A DNA stretch of 59,643 nucleotides, filler included. It is 6 parts of 6 records of this genome, joined end to end, with 100 filler letters (N's around TTAATTAATTAA, not from the genome) between each part and the next. Parts side by side here need not be neighbours in the genome. Positions count along the whole stretch, not along the records: positions 24,962 to 34,367 come from SRR31156797_18724; positions 34,468 to 43,601 come from SRR31156797_18726; 4 more parts are not named here. The stretch is one strand, 5' to 3'. Made by a program: the position numbers and the translations under genes. Positions 30,856 to 39,984 of the stretch are shown piece by piece. Each line of letters starts with the position of its first letter. The stretch's first letter is position 1. The notes beneath the pieces are model-generated. The model worked only from the letters and a program-made list of their open reading frames with translations, made no database searches and had not been told where the DNA came from.

Positions 30856-32865
30856 ATGAAATTGTTCGGCAAATCCGATGATAATCAGACATTCGACGAC
30901 GATCTGATTCTTCTCGAAAAGTCGATCGAGGAAGCCGATATTCCGCCCAAGGTCCGAAGCCTGGCGCTTAACGAATTGGATAAGCTGCAAAAATGTCACC
31001 CTAGCACGGCCGAATACACTATCGGACAGAATTACCTGGATTACCTTCTCAACCTGCCCTGGTCCAAGAGCAGCGAAGACGACCTGGATATCAAAAGGGC
31101 TGAAGCAATATTGGACCAGGAGCATTTCGGGCTAGACAGGGCAAAGGACAGGATTCTTGAATACCTGGCCGTACGGACTTTATACGCCAGAAGCAAGGGC
31201 CGCATCCTGGTTGTGGATGACGAAGAGATTACCAGGAAAAACCTGGATTACGTATTATCCAAGGAAGGATACAACATTCGAACGGCCGCGAACGGCGAAG
31301 AAGCCCTGGCCGTGCTGGACAGGCAGGATTTCGACATAGTACTGACAGACATGAAAATGGGGCGGGTCGATGGAATACAGGTGCTGGAGCATGCCCGGAT
31401 AAAAAATCCCCAAACCCAGGTCGTAATGATTACAGGGTACGCCACGATTGACTCGGCCGTGGAAGTCATGAAAAAGGGCGCCTTCCATTACCTGACCAAG
31501 CCTTTTAAACTTGACGAAGTCCGGGAAACAATAAGTCGCATTGTCAGTGAAAAAACCCGGACCAGCGGAATACGGGGCCCGATACTCTGTTTTGTGGGGC
31601 CTCCGGGCACGGGCAAAACATCCCTGGCCCATTCAATCGCCCGGGCCCTGGGAAGAAAATTTATCAGGGTTTCCCTGGCCGGGATGAAAGATGAAGCAGA
31701 ACTAAGGGGCCACAGGCGAACTTACGCCGGGGCATTGCCCGGAAGAATAATACAGGAAATCAGAAGGGCCGGAGTGAATAACCCCGTTTTTCTGCTCGAT
31801 GAAGTGGACAAGGCCATACAGGGTTTCAAGGGAGATCCTACATCGGCTTTGCTGGAAGTGTTGGATCCCGAGCAAAACAGCGCCTTTACGGACTATTACC
31901 TGGATATTCCCTTTGACCTGTCCGCGGTTATCTTTATTGCCACGGCCAATATAATAGACCCCATTCCGCCGGCCTTGTTGGACAGGATGGAAATCCTGGC
32001 TCTTAGCGGGTACACGGATATGGAAAAAGCGGGAATCGCACTTAAATTTATTGTCCCCAAACAGATCAAGGAAAACGGCCTTACCGACAATCCCCCCGAA
32101 TTCACCCGGGAAGCGGTATTGCTGATAATACGGGAATACACTCGCGAGGCCGGATTAAGAAGTCTTGAGCGGGAGATAGCCAGGTTGTGCCGAAAACTTG
32201 CCCGGGAAACCCTGGTTAATGGGTCCGCCGACGGCCCCCAAAAAATCACCGGGGAACTGGTCCCTGACTATTTGGGTCCAAGGCGCTATTATCACGAAGT
32301 CGCGGCCGCGGTGGACAGGGTCGGCGTGGCCACAGGGTTGGTCTGGACGGAAAACGGCGGTGAAATTATATCCGTGGAAGCGACCATAATGCGCGGCCGT
32401 TCGGAATTAATACTTACCGGATCGCTTGGGGATGTCATGCAGGAATCCGCCCAGGCCGCCTTGAGTTTTTTACGGGCCAACACGAACCAGTTCGGCCTGG
32501 AAGAAGACTTTTTCCTGGACACGGATATTCACATTCACGTGCCGGCCGGCGCGATTCCAAAGGACGGCCCGTCAGCCGGATTGACCATCGCCCTGGCCCT
32601 GCTTTCCCGGTTGAAGAATATCCCCGCGAAACGGGACGCGGCCCTGACCGGCGAGCTTACACTCTCGGGCCGGGTTCTGCCGGTGGGCGGGATTCGGGAA
32701 AAAGTTTTGGCCGCCAAAAGGGCCGGGGTTAAAACTCTTGTCTTTCCGGAAAAAAACCGGGGCTCATTCAGCGATATTCCCCCGGAAGCTTATGAAGGAA
32801 TGGACGTTTATTTTGTGGATTCATTGGAAATGGCGGCGGAATATTCCCTGGTCAAATCCGAATAA
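30856..32865 (+). CDS. lon: Lon (endopeptidase La) lacking the N-domain, with an inserted receiver domain
   Basis: GPPGTGKTS, LLDEVDK, PKDGPSAG (Ser) and GGIREK (Lys); REC domain at about 31201-31550. Confidence 0.93.
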   Translation: MKLFGKSDDNQTFDDDLILLEKSIEEADIPPKVRSLALNELDKLQKCHPSTAEYTIGQNYLDYLLNLPWSKSSEDDLDIKRAEAILDQEHFGLDRAKDRILEYLAVRTLYARSKGRILVVDDEEITRKNLDYVLSKEGYNIRTAANGEEALAVLDRQDFDIVLTDMKMGRVDGIQVLEHARIKNPQTQVVMITGYATIDSAVEVMKKGAFHYLTKPFKLDEVRETISRIVSEKTRTSGIRGPILCFVGPPGTGKTSLAHSIARALGRKFIRVSLAGMKDEAELRGHRRTYAGALPGRIIQEIRRAGVNNPVFLLDEVDKAIQGFKGDPTSALLEVLDPEQNSAFTDYYLDIPFDLSAVIFIATANIIDPIPPALLDRMEILALSGYTDMEKAGIALKFIVPKQIKENGLTDNPPEFTREAVLLIIREYTREAGLRSLEREIARLCRKLARETLVNGSADGPQKITGELVPDYLGPRRYYHEVAAAVDRVGVATGLVWTENGGEIISVEATIMRGRSELILTGSLGDVMQESAQAALSFLRANTNQFGLEEDFFLDTDIHIHVPAGAIPKDGPSAGLTIALALLSRLKNIPAKRDAALTGELTLSGRVLPVGGIREKVLAAKRAGVKTLVFPEKNRGSFSDIPPEAYEGMDVYFVDSLEMAAEYSLVKSE

Positions 32866-32880
32866 GGTAGTCGCTATATA

Positions 32881-34281
32881 TCATTCTTCCACGGCCGCGT
32901 TTTTCCCGGCAATGCGACCGAAAACAATGCAATCCGGTATGGCGCAGCTTCCCAGTCTGCAGGCCCCGTGAATTCCTCCGGTTATTTCTCCGGCCGCGTA
33001 CAATCCTTTAATGGGCTGGTTGTCAAGATCCATAACCCGGGCCCGGGCGTCAATTCTAATACCGCCCATGGTGTGGTGGACCTTCGGCCAATGCCGCATG
33101 GCGTAAAATGGAGCATTAACGATGGGTTTTACGCCCGGTAGAAATGGTTTGCCCATTTCTTCATCAGCGCCGTTTTCTACATATTCATTGTAACGGTCTA
33201 CTGTCTCTTCCAGGTCGGCAAGCGGAATGCCGTAGTTTGAAGCAAGTTCTTCAAGGCTGTCGAATTTCTTGACCACTCCTTTTTTAAGACAGTGATCTAT
33301 GGTATGCCCCGACTGTTCCACAGCCGTTGCATCGGTAATGCCGATACAGGGGCGCCCTGTTTTGAGAATGGCGTCGGCCCGTATTTTACGGTCGGCCAGC
33401 TCATTCACCACGCGCTTTCCGGTCTCGGGATCAACCATAATTCCATAGGGAAAGGCAATATAGCTGCCGAAATCAGGTCCGGCGCCGTAACCCTTTTCAT
33501 CAGCAGACGCCCAGGGGCCAAGTTGAATCCAGGAGAGATGCACGGGCGCCGCTCCCAGGCGCATGGCTTCCTTCAGTGTTTCAGCCGTGGTGCATTCCTT
33601 GTTGGTGCTGCCGATTTCAGAAGTCAACCTGGGGTCCTGGGCGGTGCGAAAGACAACATCGTTGGCGAATCCCCCCGCGGCCAGAATGACTGCCTTGCCC
33701 GCCTTGATATATTTCAAGTCGCCGCTGCTTTTATCAGGGTATTTATATTTCTCGCGAACCAGAACGCCGCTAACCCTGCCGTCCGCATCGGTTAGAACTT
33801 TTTCCAGGTAATTTCTGGTCCGGATATTGACGCCCAGTTCCTTGAGTTTTTTTACTTGCTTGATAATTATTTCAGCTCCGGTGCGCCTGTGCGGCGTCAA
33901 GCAGCGGCGAACGGAATGACCGCCGAACATGTCCACGCCTTCTTCAAAACGGGCGCCCAGAAAATCCATGGTCCACTGAAGCGCCTCTGTGGATTGTTCC
34001 GCCACAATACGGACAAGTTCGGGATGGTTGAGCCCAAGGCCGGCCTTCATCATATCTTCGGCCATCAGTTCGGGAGAATCCTCAATGCCCAGTTCCGCCT
34101 GCCAGGGCGATCCGGCCGCGGCCATAACCCCGTCGCTGATAATGGAATTTCCGCCGTATCCATTCATTTTTTCCAAAATGACAACCGAAGCGCCGGCCAT
34201 TTTGGCTTCGATTCCAGCGGCCAGCCCGGCAAAACCGCTTCCTATTATCACCACGTCAGCGGCTTCATCCCATTTATACAT
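32881..34281 (-). CDS. Flavocytochrome c-type FAD reductase (fumarate/urocanate reductase superfamily), substrate unknown
   Basis: IIGSGFAG, LAAGGF, VHHTMGG, GLYAAGEITGGIHGACRLG; no haem motif or signal peptide. Confidence 0.88.
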   Translation of the reverse strand: MYKWDEAADVVIIGSGFAGLAAGIEAKMAGASVVILEKMNGYGGNSIISDGVMAAAGSPWQAELGIEDSPELMAEDMMKAGLGLNHPELVRIVAEQSTEALQWTMDFLGARFEEGVDMFGGHSVRRCLTPHRRTGAEIIIKQVKKLKELGVNIRTRNYLEKVLTDADGRVSGVLVREKYKYPDKSSGDLKYIKAGKAVILAAGGFANDVVFRTAQDPRLTSEIGSTNKECTTAETLKEAMRLGAAPVHLSWIQLGPWASADEKGYGAGPDFGSYIAFPYGIMVDPETGKRVVNELADRKIRADAILKTGRPCIGITDATAVEQSGHTIDHCLKKGVVKKFDSLEELASNYGIPLADLEETVDRYNEYVENGADEEMGKPFLPGVKPIVNAPFYAMRHWPKVHHTMGGIRIDARARVMDLDNQPIKGLYAAGEITGGIHGACRLGSCAIPDCIVFGRIAGKNAAVEE

Positions 34282-34367
34282 AGTCGGTCCTCCATTTACG
34301 TTTTTATATGTTTTGATGCTGGTTCAAGTATTTACATGCCATCTCAAAAATAGGAGTTTGGTGCAAG

Positions 34368-34467
34368 NNNNNNNNNNNNNNNNNNNNNNNNNNNNNNNNN
34401 NNNNNNNNNNNTTAATTAATTAANNNNNNNNNNNNNNNNNNNNNNNNNNNNNNNNNNNNNNNNNNNN
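34368..34467. other. Artificial contig linker
   Basis: 44 N + TTAATTAATTAA + 44 N. Confidence 0.98.
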
Positions 34468-34764
34468 TTCTGGAAGATCAAGATTCCCCTTCTGATGCCG
34501 ATCATCGGGATTGTCGCGATACTGACCTTTGTCAACAACTTCAATGCCTTCGATGCGGTCTATTCAATGGCGAACGTAAACGGTGCTCCCCAGTTTTCCA
34601 CCGATATCATGGGAACATTCTTCTACAGGATCGGGATCGCCGGCCAGCATCCGGTAGGCATTCCCGACAGGGGGCTGGGTGCCGCCGTAGCGACGCTGAC
34701 CTTCCTCATCCTGGCCCTCGGAGTGGGCTTCATCTTGAAACTGACCCGGAACCGGGTGGACTGA
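34468..34764 (+). CDS. Carbohydrate ABC permease, C-terminal part (truncated)
   Basis: FWKIKIPLLMP..FNAFD.VY..G.P..STD pattern of MalF-type permeases. Confidence 0.85.
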   Translation, partial: FWKIKIPLLMPIIGIVAILTFVNNFNAFDAVYSMANVNGAPQFSTDIMGTFFYRIGIAGQHPVGIPDRGLGAAVATLTFLILALGVGFILKLTRNRVD

Positions 34765-34776
34765 CAGGAGACTGAC

Positions 34777-35610
34777 ATGACGAAAATAAAACAACCGAAG
34801 AGGCATCTGTTTCACCATTCGATTCTATTGCTCTGGACCGCGATCGTCCTTTTTCCGATCTGGACCATGATCATCAACTCATTCAAAAGGAAGCTGGATA
34901 TTTACAAGGATCCCTTCGGCCTCCCGCCGAAATGGAATTTTAAGAGCTATATATCCGTTTTCCATGACAGCGATTTCTTTATCTACTTCAGAAACAGTAC
35001 GGTCGTGACAATAGGATCTATCCTCATCATCCTGTTCATCGGCTCACTGGCCGCCTATGCGATCGCCAACTGGCGGTCAAAGATATCGCGGGGCGTCTAT
35101 CTCTTCTTCATTGCCGGCATGATGGTTCCCATCCGTATCGGAAGCATCAACCTGCTGCAGATCATCAAGAACCTGGGGTTGTTAAATTCCACGGCCAGTC
35201 TCTTCCCCGTATACATCGCCATGGGGATGCCCATAGCCACCTTTGTCCTGACCGAGTTTATCAGGGAGGTTCCGGATGAGCTGTCCGAAGCAGCTCTGAT
35301 GGACGGAGCGGGGCATATGCGCATCTATCGTTCCATCATCCTGCCGGTTATGCGCCCGGCTCTGGGCAGCGTCGCCATATTCAATCTGGTTCCCATCTGG
35401 AACGATCTGTGGTTTCCCCTGATTTTTATCAACGAAGAGTCCCAGAAGACCCTGATACTCGGGGTGACCCGCCTCTTCGGACAGTATCAGACGGACTGGT
35501 CCAAGATACTGGCAGTCCTGACCCTGTCGGCCCTCCCCGTTATGATCCTCTACCTGCTGATGTCCAAACAGTTCATCCGGGGTCTGACGGCGGGTGCCGT
35601 AAAGGGTTAA
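34777..35610 (+). CDS. Carbohydrate ABC permease (MalG-type)
   Basis: EAALMDGA EAA loop, WNDLWFPL, FIRGLTAGAVKG. Confidence 0.93.
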   Translation: MTKIKQPKRHLFHHSILLLWTAIVLFPIWTMIINSFKRKLDIYKDPFGLPPKWNFKSYISVFHDSDFFIYFRNSTVVTIGSILIILFIGSLAAYAIANWRSKISRGVYLFFIAGMMVPIRIGSINLLQIIKNLGLLNSTASLFPVYIAMGMPIATFVLTEFIREVPDELSEAALMDGAGHMRIYRSIILPVMRPALGSVAIFNLVPIWNDLWFPLIFINEESQKTLILGVTRLFGQYQTDWSKILAVLTLSALPVMILYLLMSKQFIRGLTAGAVKG

Positions 35611-35619
35611 GGAGATACC

Positions 35620-36396
35620 ATGGCATTGATCAACTGTGACTTTTATTCCGATACGCTACAGATAAGCAGCGCCATGACCGTTTTCCTCCCTCCCGCCGCC
35701 GGAGAAGGGAGGAGATACAAAACCCTCTGGCTCCTGCACGGCTACCATGGAGACCACAGCAGCTGGCACCGGAGTACGGCCATTGAACGGTACGTATCTG
35801 ACAGGGAAATCGCCGTAGTCATGCCCGACGGGAATAACAGCTACTACACCGACATGGTTTACGGCAGGCCCTATTGGACTTTTATAAGCGAAGAGCTTCC
35901 GGAGATCGCAAGAAGCTATTTTCCCCTATCCTCCAGGCGAGAGGATAATTCGGTGGCGGGTCTCTCCATGGGAGGGTACGGCGCCTTCAAGCTGGCCTTC
36001 ACATATCCGGAGAGATACTGCTCGGCGGGAAGCTTCTCAGGAGCCCTGGACCTGCCTTCCTGGATGAAGGATTCGGTGGACGACAGGAACTGGAAATCGG
36101 TCTTCGGAGACAATCCCGATATCACGGATACGGGGAGCGATCTGAAGTGGCTCTCGGCCCGGAAAAAGGAGGACGGCGCGAAGCTACCCGCCTTGTATCA
36201 ATGCTGCGGAACCGACGATTTCCTATATCAAGACAACCTCACCTTCAAGGAGCATCTAAGCCGACTGCAGATCCCCTTCAGCTATGAAGAGGATCCGGGG
36301 TTCGAACACACATGGGAGTACTGGGATCTGAAAATTCAGCACTATCTGAAATGGTTGAAACAGATCGGCTTTGTAAGCGGGAAGAAGGAGAACTGA
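35620..36396 (+). CDS. Alpha/beta-hydrolase esterase (tributyrin/acetyl esterase family)
   Basis: LWLLHG, AGLSMGGYGA, CGTDD, HTWEYW. Confidence 0.9.
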   Translation: MALINCDFYSDTLQISSAMTVFLPPAAGEGRRYKTLWLLHGYHGDHSSWHRSTAIERYVSDREIAVVMPDGNNSYYTDMVYGRPYWTFISEELPEIARSYFPLSSRREDNSVAGLSMGGYGAFKLAFTYPERYCSAGSFSGALDLPSWMKDSVDDRNWKSVFGDNPDITDTGSDLKWLSARKKEDGAKLPALYQCCGTDDFLYQDNLTFKEHLSRLQIPFSYEEDPGFEHTWEYWDLKIQHYLKWLKQIGFVSGKKEN

Positions 36397-36532
36397 CCGG
36401 CCTTAACCTCCTCCCCGTACGTTCCCGCCATACGCTTCCCTTCGTAGACAGGGGACCAGAGAATCGGGCGTCATACGGGGCGAGTGGGGTGAACTTGAAT
36501 ACTTCCTTTTACTGATATAGTTTAGTACTAAT

Positions 36533-36706
36533 CTGCAGGTGCCCGCCGGGCTTAAAAGGGAATCGGGTGAAAGTCCCGAACACCCCCAGGTACTGTAAGA
36601 GGCAGGATTCACAGCATGGTTTGAAGGCTCTATCAAACCGGCCACTGGTAATACGGGAAGGCGCAGTGACATCGGGAAAGCCTTGAGTCAGGAGACCTGC
36701 CTGCAG
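36533..36706 (+). ncRNA. Cobalamin (B12) riboswitch
   Basis: AGGTGC..AAAAGGGAATCGGGTGAAAGTCCCGAAC..ACTGTAA..GCCACTGG..GGGAAGGC..GAGTCAGGAGACCTGCC; closing stem CTGCAGG/CCTGCAG. Confidence 0.93.
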
Positions 36707-36771
36707 GCCCTTCGTAGAAGGGTATCCATCATCATGATCTTCTGGGATGAAGAGGATGAGCAGGTCACACA

Positions 36772-37536
36772 ATGCGAAAAATAGCTATTTACGGAAAAGG
36801 GGGAATCGGTAAATCGACGGTCTGTTCGAATTTATCGGCGGCCCTGTCCCTGGGAGGATTGAATATCATGCAGGTGGGGTGCGATCCCAAGGCGGATTCG
36901 ACCCTCCATTTAACCGACGGAAAACCTCCCGCAACCGTTATCTCCTATCTGAAAGAAAAGGGTGTCTGCAACGACATCAAAGAGGTCGTAAAGCGGGGCT
37001 TCAATGGCATCGCCTGCATCGAATCCGGCGGCCCTCCCCCCGGTATAGGCTGCGCCGGCAAGGGGATTCTATCCACCTTCTCCGTGATAGAGGATCTCAA
37101 CGCCTTCGCCGCATACAAGCCGGATATTGTTCTGTTTGATGTTCTGGGTGACGTCGTCTGCGGCGGATTTACCATGCCCCTGAGAAAGGGATGGGCGGAG
37201 GAAGTCTATATCGTCACTTCCGGAGAAAAGATGTCCCTGTTTGCCGCCCGGAATATCAAGCAGGCACTGGATAATCTCGCAAACAGAGGATATGCGAAAC
37301 TGTGCGGGATAATCGGGAACTGCCGGGGCCTGCCGGACGAAGAGAGGATCCTTAAGGACTTTTCCGCTGAAATGGGCTCGGAGCTGATAGGCACACTCCC
37401 CCGGGACGATGAGCTCGCATACTGGGAAAGCCTTGATAAAACCGCCGTCGAAGGCAACGGGGAGGCGGCCATTTCTAAGGCCTTTTTCAGCCTGTCCCGC
37501 AGGATCGCGGCAGGGGGTATCAACGATGAACAGTGA
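36772..37536 (+). CDS. NifH-like Fe protein (nitrogenase-like reductase, H subunit)
   Basis: YGKGGIGKS, GCDPKADST, ESGGPPPGIGCAGKG, DVLGDVVCGGF with both 4Fe-4S cysteines. Confidence 0.93.
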   Translation: MRKIAIYGKGGIGKSTVCSNLSAALSLGGLNIMQVGCDPKADSTLHLTDGKPPATVISYLKEKGVCNDIKEVVKRGFNGIACIESGGPPPGIGCAGKGILSTFSVIEDLNAFAAYKPDIVLFDVLGDVVCGGFTMPLRKGWAEEVYIVTSGEKMSLFAARNIKQALDNLANRGYAKLCGIIGNCRGLPDEERILKDFSAEMGSELIGTLPRDDELAYWESLDKTAVEGNGEAAISKAFFSLSRRIAAGGINDEQ

Positions 37537-38857
37537 TCCCTTCGGGATTCCCGTCCGGGATCTGTCCAACAGCTCCACCCACTGGAGAAAAAAGATCATG
37601 CCCGACGATGCTCTTCATTTCATGCCTCCCCACGGAGGAACCTGGGGGCTTGTCAGAACCTCTCTGCAGCTGCCGGGATCCATTGTCCTGATGGCGGCCC
37701 CGCCGGTATGCGCGAGGATTACGGGCTTGAGAGAACTCCGTCTGGATTTCCGTGAGCGCTTCTTTTTTCTGAATGTGGGGGAAGAGGAGTTCGCCAACGG
37801 CAGTTCTGAATCAATGATCCTTGACGCGGTTGACGAAATTATCTCCTATCTTGATGAAAAACCGAAATTTCTGTTCTTCTGCGAAACCTGCCTTGATGAC
37901 CTTCTGGGCTCCGATTACCCCTGGCTGAGCGAACAGGTGGAGCGCCGATACGGCATCAGATCGACGTCCCTTCATCTGAAACCGACATCCGCCGAGGGGC
38001 GCCGGCCCGGAGGGCTTTTGACACAGAAGGCCATCTACGACCTGATAAGGCCTGTCTCCGGCCGGGACAAGGGGATCAACCTTATGGGTTCGGCCCTTCC
38101 CATCGACAGAAACAGCGAGTTTTACACCCTCGTTGAACGGGCGGGGATCGGCCCGGTACGCCACATATCGGAGTGTACCGCCCCGGAGGATTTTGACAGG
38201 ATGAGCGGCTCCTCCTGGAACATACTCTACCGCCCGGCGGCAAGACTTGCCGTCAGAAGCATGAAAGAGAACTACGGGATCCCCTATCTCCATCTTCCCG
38301 GAGCCTACGGACTGGAAACGGTGGACGAGAACTACCGCCTTCTGGAGGATTTCTTCGGAGTGGAACTTGAAACGAAACCCTTCAGGGAGGAGACGGAGGA
38401 GTTTCTCTCGGAGCAGAGAAACCTGTACCGGGGTATGGAGGTAGCCGTCGGAGCCAGCGTCTACACGGGCCCCTTTGAACTGGCCCGGGCATTAATCGAA
38501 TACGGAATGGATGTGCGCTATGTGTTCGCCAATGTCGTTATGGATATCGACAGCGAACCCATCCGGTGGCTGAAGGAGAAGAGAGGGGATCTTATGGTCT
38601 ATCCCAGTTCACATACAAGCATGGCCCGGTTTCACAGCCTAAGGAAAAAAGTGGATCTTGCCTTCGGTTACGAGGCAGGTTATTTCTGCTCCGAAGCCAA
38701 AACCGTCGATCTCAGTGCCGACAAGCCCTTCTTCGGATACTGGGGAATCAGGTCTCTCTTTCAGGAGATTCGAAACGCCCTGAGCTCGCCCCGAAGCCAT
38801 AGACAGTCGATGTACTCAAACTACGATCCTTCCGGGAGCCGACGATGCGGGGGTTAA
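37526..38857 (+). CDS. Nitrogenase component-1-like protein (D-type)
   Basis: APPVCAR, CETCLDDLLGSD, PFFGYWG; ATG at 37526 after GGGGG RBS overlaps the nifH-like stop. Confidence 0.85.
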   Translation: MNSDPFGIPVRDLSNSSTHWRKKIMPDDALHFMPPHGGTWGLVRTSLQLPGSIVLMAAPPVCARITGLRELRLDFRERFFFLNVGEEEFANGSSESMILDAVDEIISYLDEKPKFLFFCETCLDDLLGSDYPWLSEQVERRYGIRSTSLHLKPTSAEGRRPGGLLTQKAIYDLIRPVSGRDKGINLMGSALPIDRNSEFYTLVERAGIGPVRHISECTAPEDFDRMSGSSWNILYRPAARLAVRSMKENYGIPYLHLPGAYGLETVDENYRLLEDFFGVELETKPFREETEEFLSEQRNLYRGMEVAVGASVYTGPFELARALIEYGMDVRYVFANVVMDIDSEPIRWLKEKRGDLMVYPSSHTSMARFHSLRKKVDLAFGYEAGYFCSEAKTVDLSADKPFFGYWGIRSLFQEIRNALSSPRSHRQSMYSNYDPSGSRRCGG

Positions 38858-39984
38858 GCAAGATACTCCCTCCCTTCTCCACGGATATATCCGGAGCCTG
38901 TTCCGCCCTTTTCGATCTGGGCGGAATTGTGGTGGTCCATGAACCGGCCTGCTGCACAAGCTGTTTCACCACCTTCGATGAGCCGAGATACTACGGCAGC
39001 ACGAATCCTCTCTATAGCTCAGAACTGAGGGAAATTCATCTCTCGACCGGTGATGACGAGACCCTGATACGGAGGGTTGAAGCAGCCTCGAAGATTATGG
39101 ACTGTCGGTTCATTGCCATAATCGGAAGCCCCCTGTCCCTCTTTGCGGGGACGGATTACGAGGCATTGGCTTCCGAACTGGAGGGAAGGACCGGCGTGCC
39201 CTCCTTTTCCGTTGATACAGGGGGATTCGACTGGTATGAGAGAGGCGTATCCAAGGCCCTCCTGGAGCTGGTAAAGAAGTTTGTCCCCAATCCCCGGGCC
39301 GCGTCCGCCCGCCCGCGGAGAGATAAGCCTTTCATCAATATCATAGGCGCCACTCCCATGGACGGCATAAGGATCAAAGGAGCAGGCGGCTTGATCGAAC
39401 ATTACAGCAGGAGAGGCTATTCGATAAACGCGGTGCTGTCGGAAGGCTCTTCCATAGAGGAGATATCGGGAACGGCTGAGGGGGACCTGAATATCGTCAT
39501 CTCCGCATCCGGGCTGGAAACAGCAGAGTACCTGGAAAAGGAGTTCGGGATTCCCTACTCCTGCGGAGTCCCGATAGGAGAAGAGGATAGAATAGAGGCG
39601 GAACTGTATGCTCCGGTTGGCAAGGTCCTGATTATAGGTGACCAGATCGTCTCCAACTCCCTGCGGGACTGTTTAAACAACGATTTCGGGATACGGGAGA
39701 TAAGGGTATCCTCCTTCTTCTCCATGAATCCGACTCTGTCCCGGGAGAAGGATATAGAGCTGAGGGATGAAGATGCTCTTCGGGACCTCCTGGAAAAAGA
39801 GAGCTTTGACTTAATGATCGGTGATCCGGTGTTTTTCGGCTTCATAAGATATACGAGGGGGCTGAGGCATATACTCCTCCCCCATATCGCCGTATCCGGT
39901 TATTCGCCCTTTGAGCGGAGACCTAATCTAGTGGGACATGGGGGGTATCTTTTCCTGAAAGAGGCATTGGAGACCCTAATCTAG
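38845..39984 (+). CDS. Nitrogenase component-1-like protein (short K-type)
   Basis: DISGACSALFDLGG..HEPACC..DEPRY, INIIGATP, LNIVISASG..AEYLEKEFGIPY. Confidence 0.85.
   Translation: MRGLSKILPPFSTDISGACSALFDLGGIVVVHEPACCTSCFTTFDEPRYYGSTNPLYSSELREIHLSTGDDETLIRRVEAASKIMDCRFIAIIGSPLSLFAGTDYEALASELEGRTGVPSFSVDTGGFDWYERGVSKALLELVKKFVPNPRAASARPRRDKPFINIIGATPMDGIRIKGAGGLIEHYSRRGYSINAVLSEGSSIEEISGTAEGDLNIVISASGLETAEYLEKEFGIPYSCGVPIGEEDRIEAELYAPVGKVLIIGDQIVSNSLRDCLNNDFGIREIRVSSFFSMNPTLSREKDIELRDEDALRDLLEKESFDLMIGDPVFFGFIRYTRGLRHILLPHIAVSGYSPFERRPNLVGHGGYLFLKEALETLI

Noticed and set aside
36772-39984. Nitrogen-fixation (nifHDK) operon
   Set aside because: FeMo-co ligands are missing, the K-type subunit is short, there is no nifENB, and control is by a B12 riboswitch.
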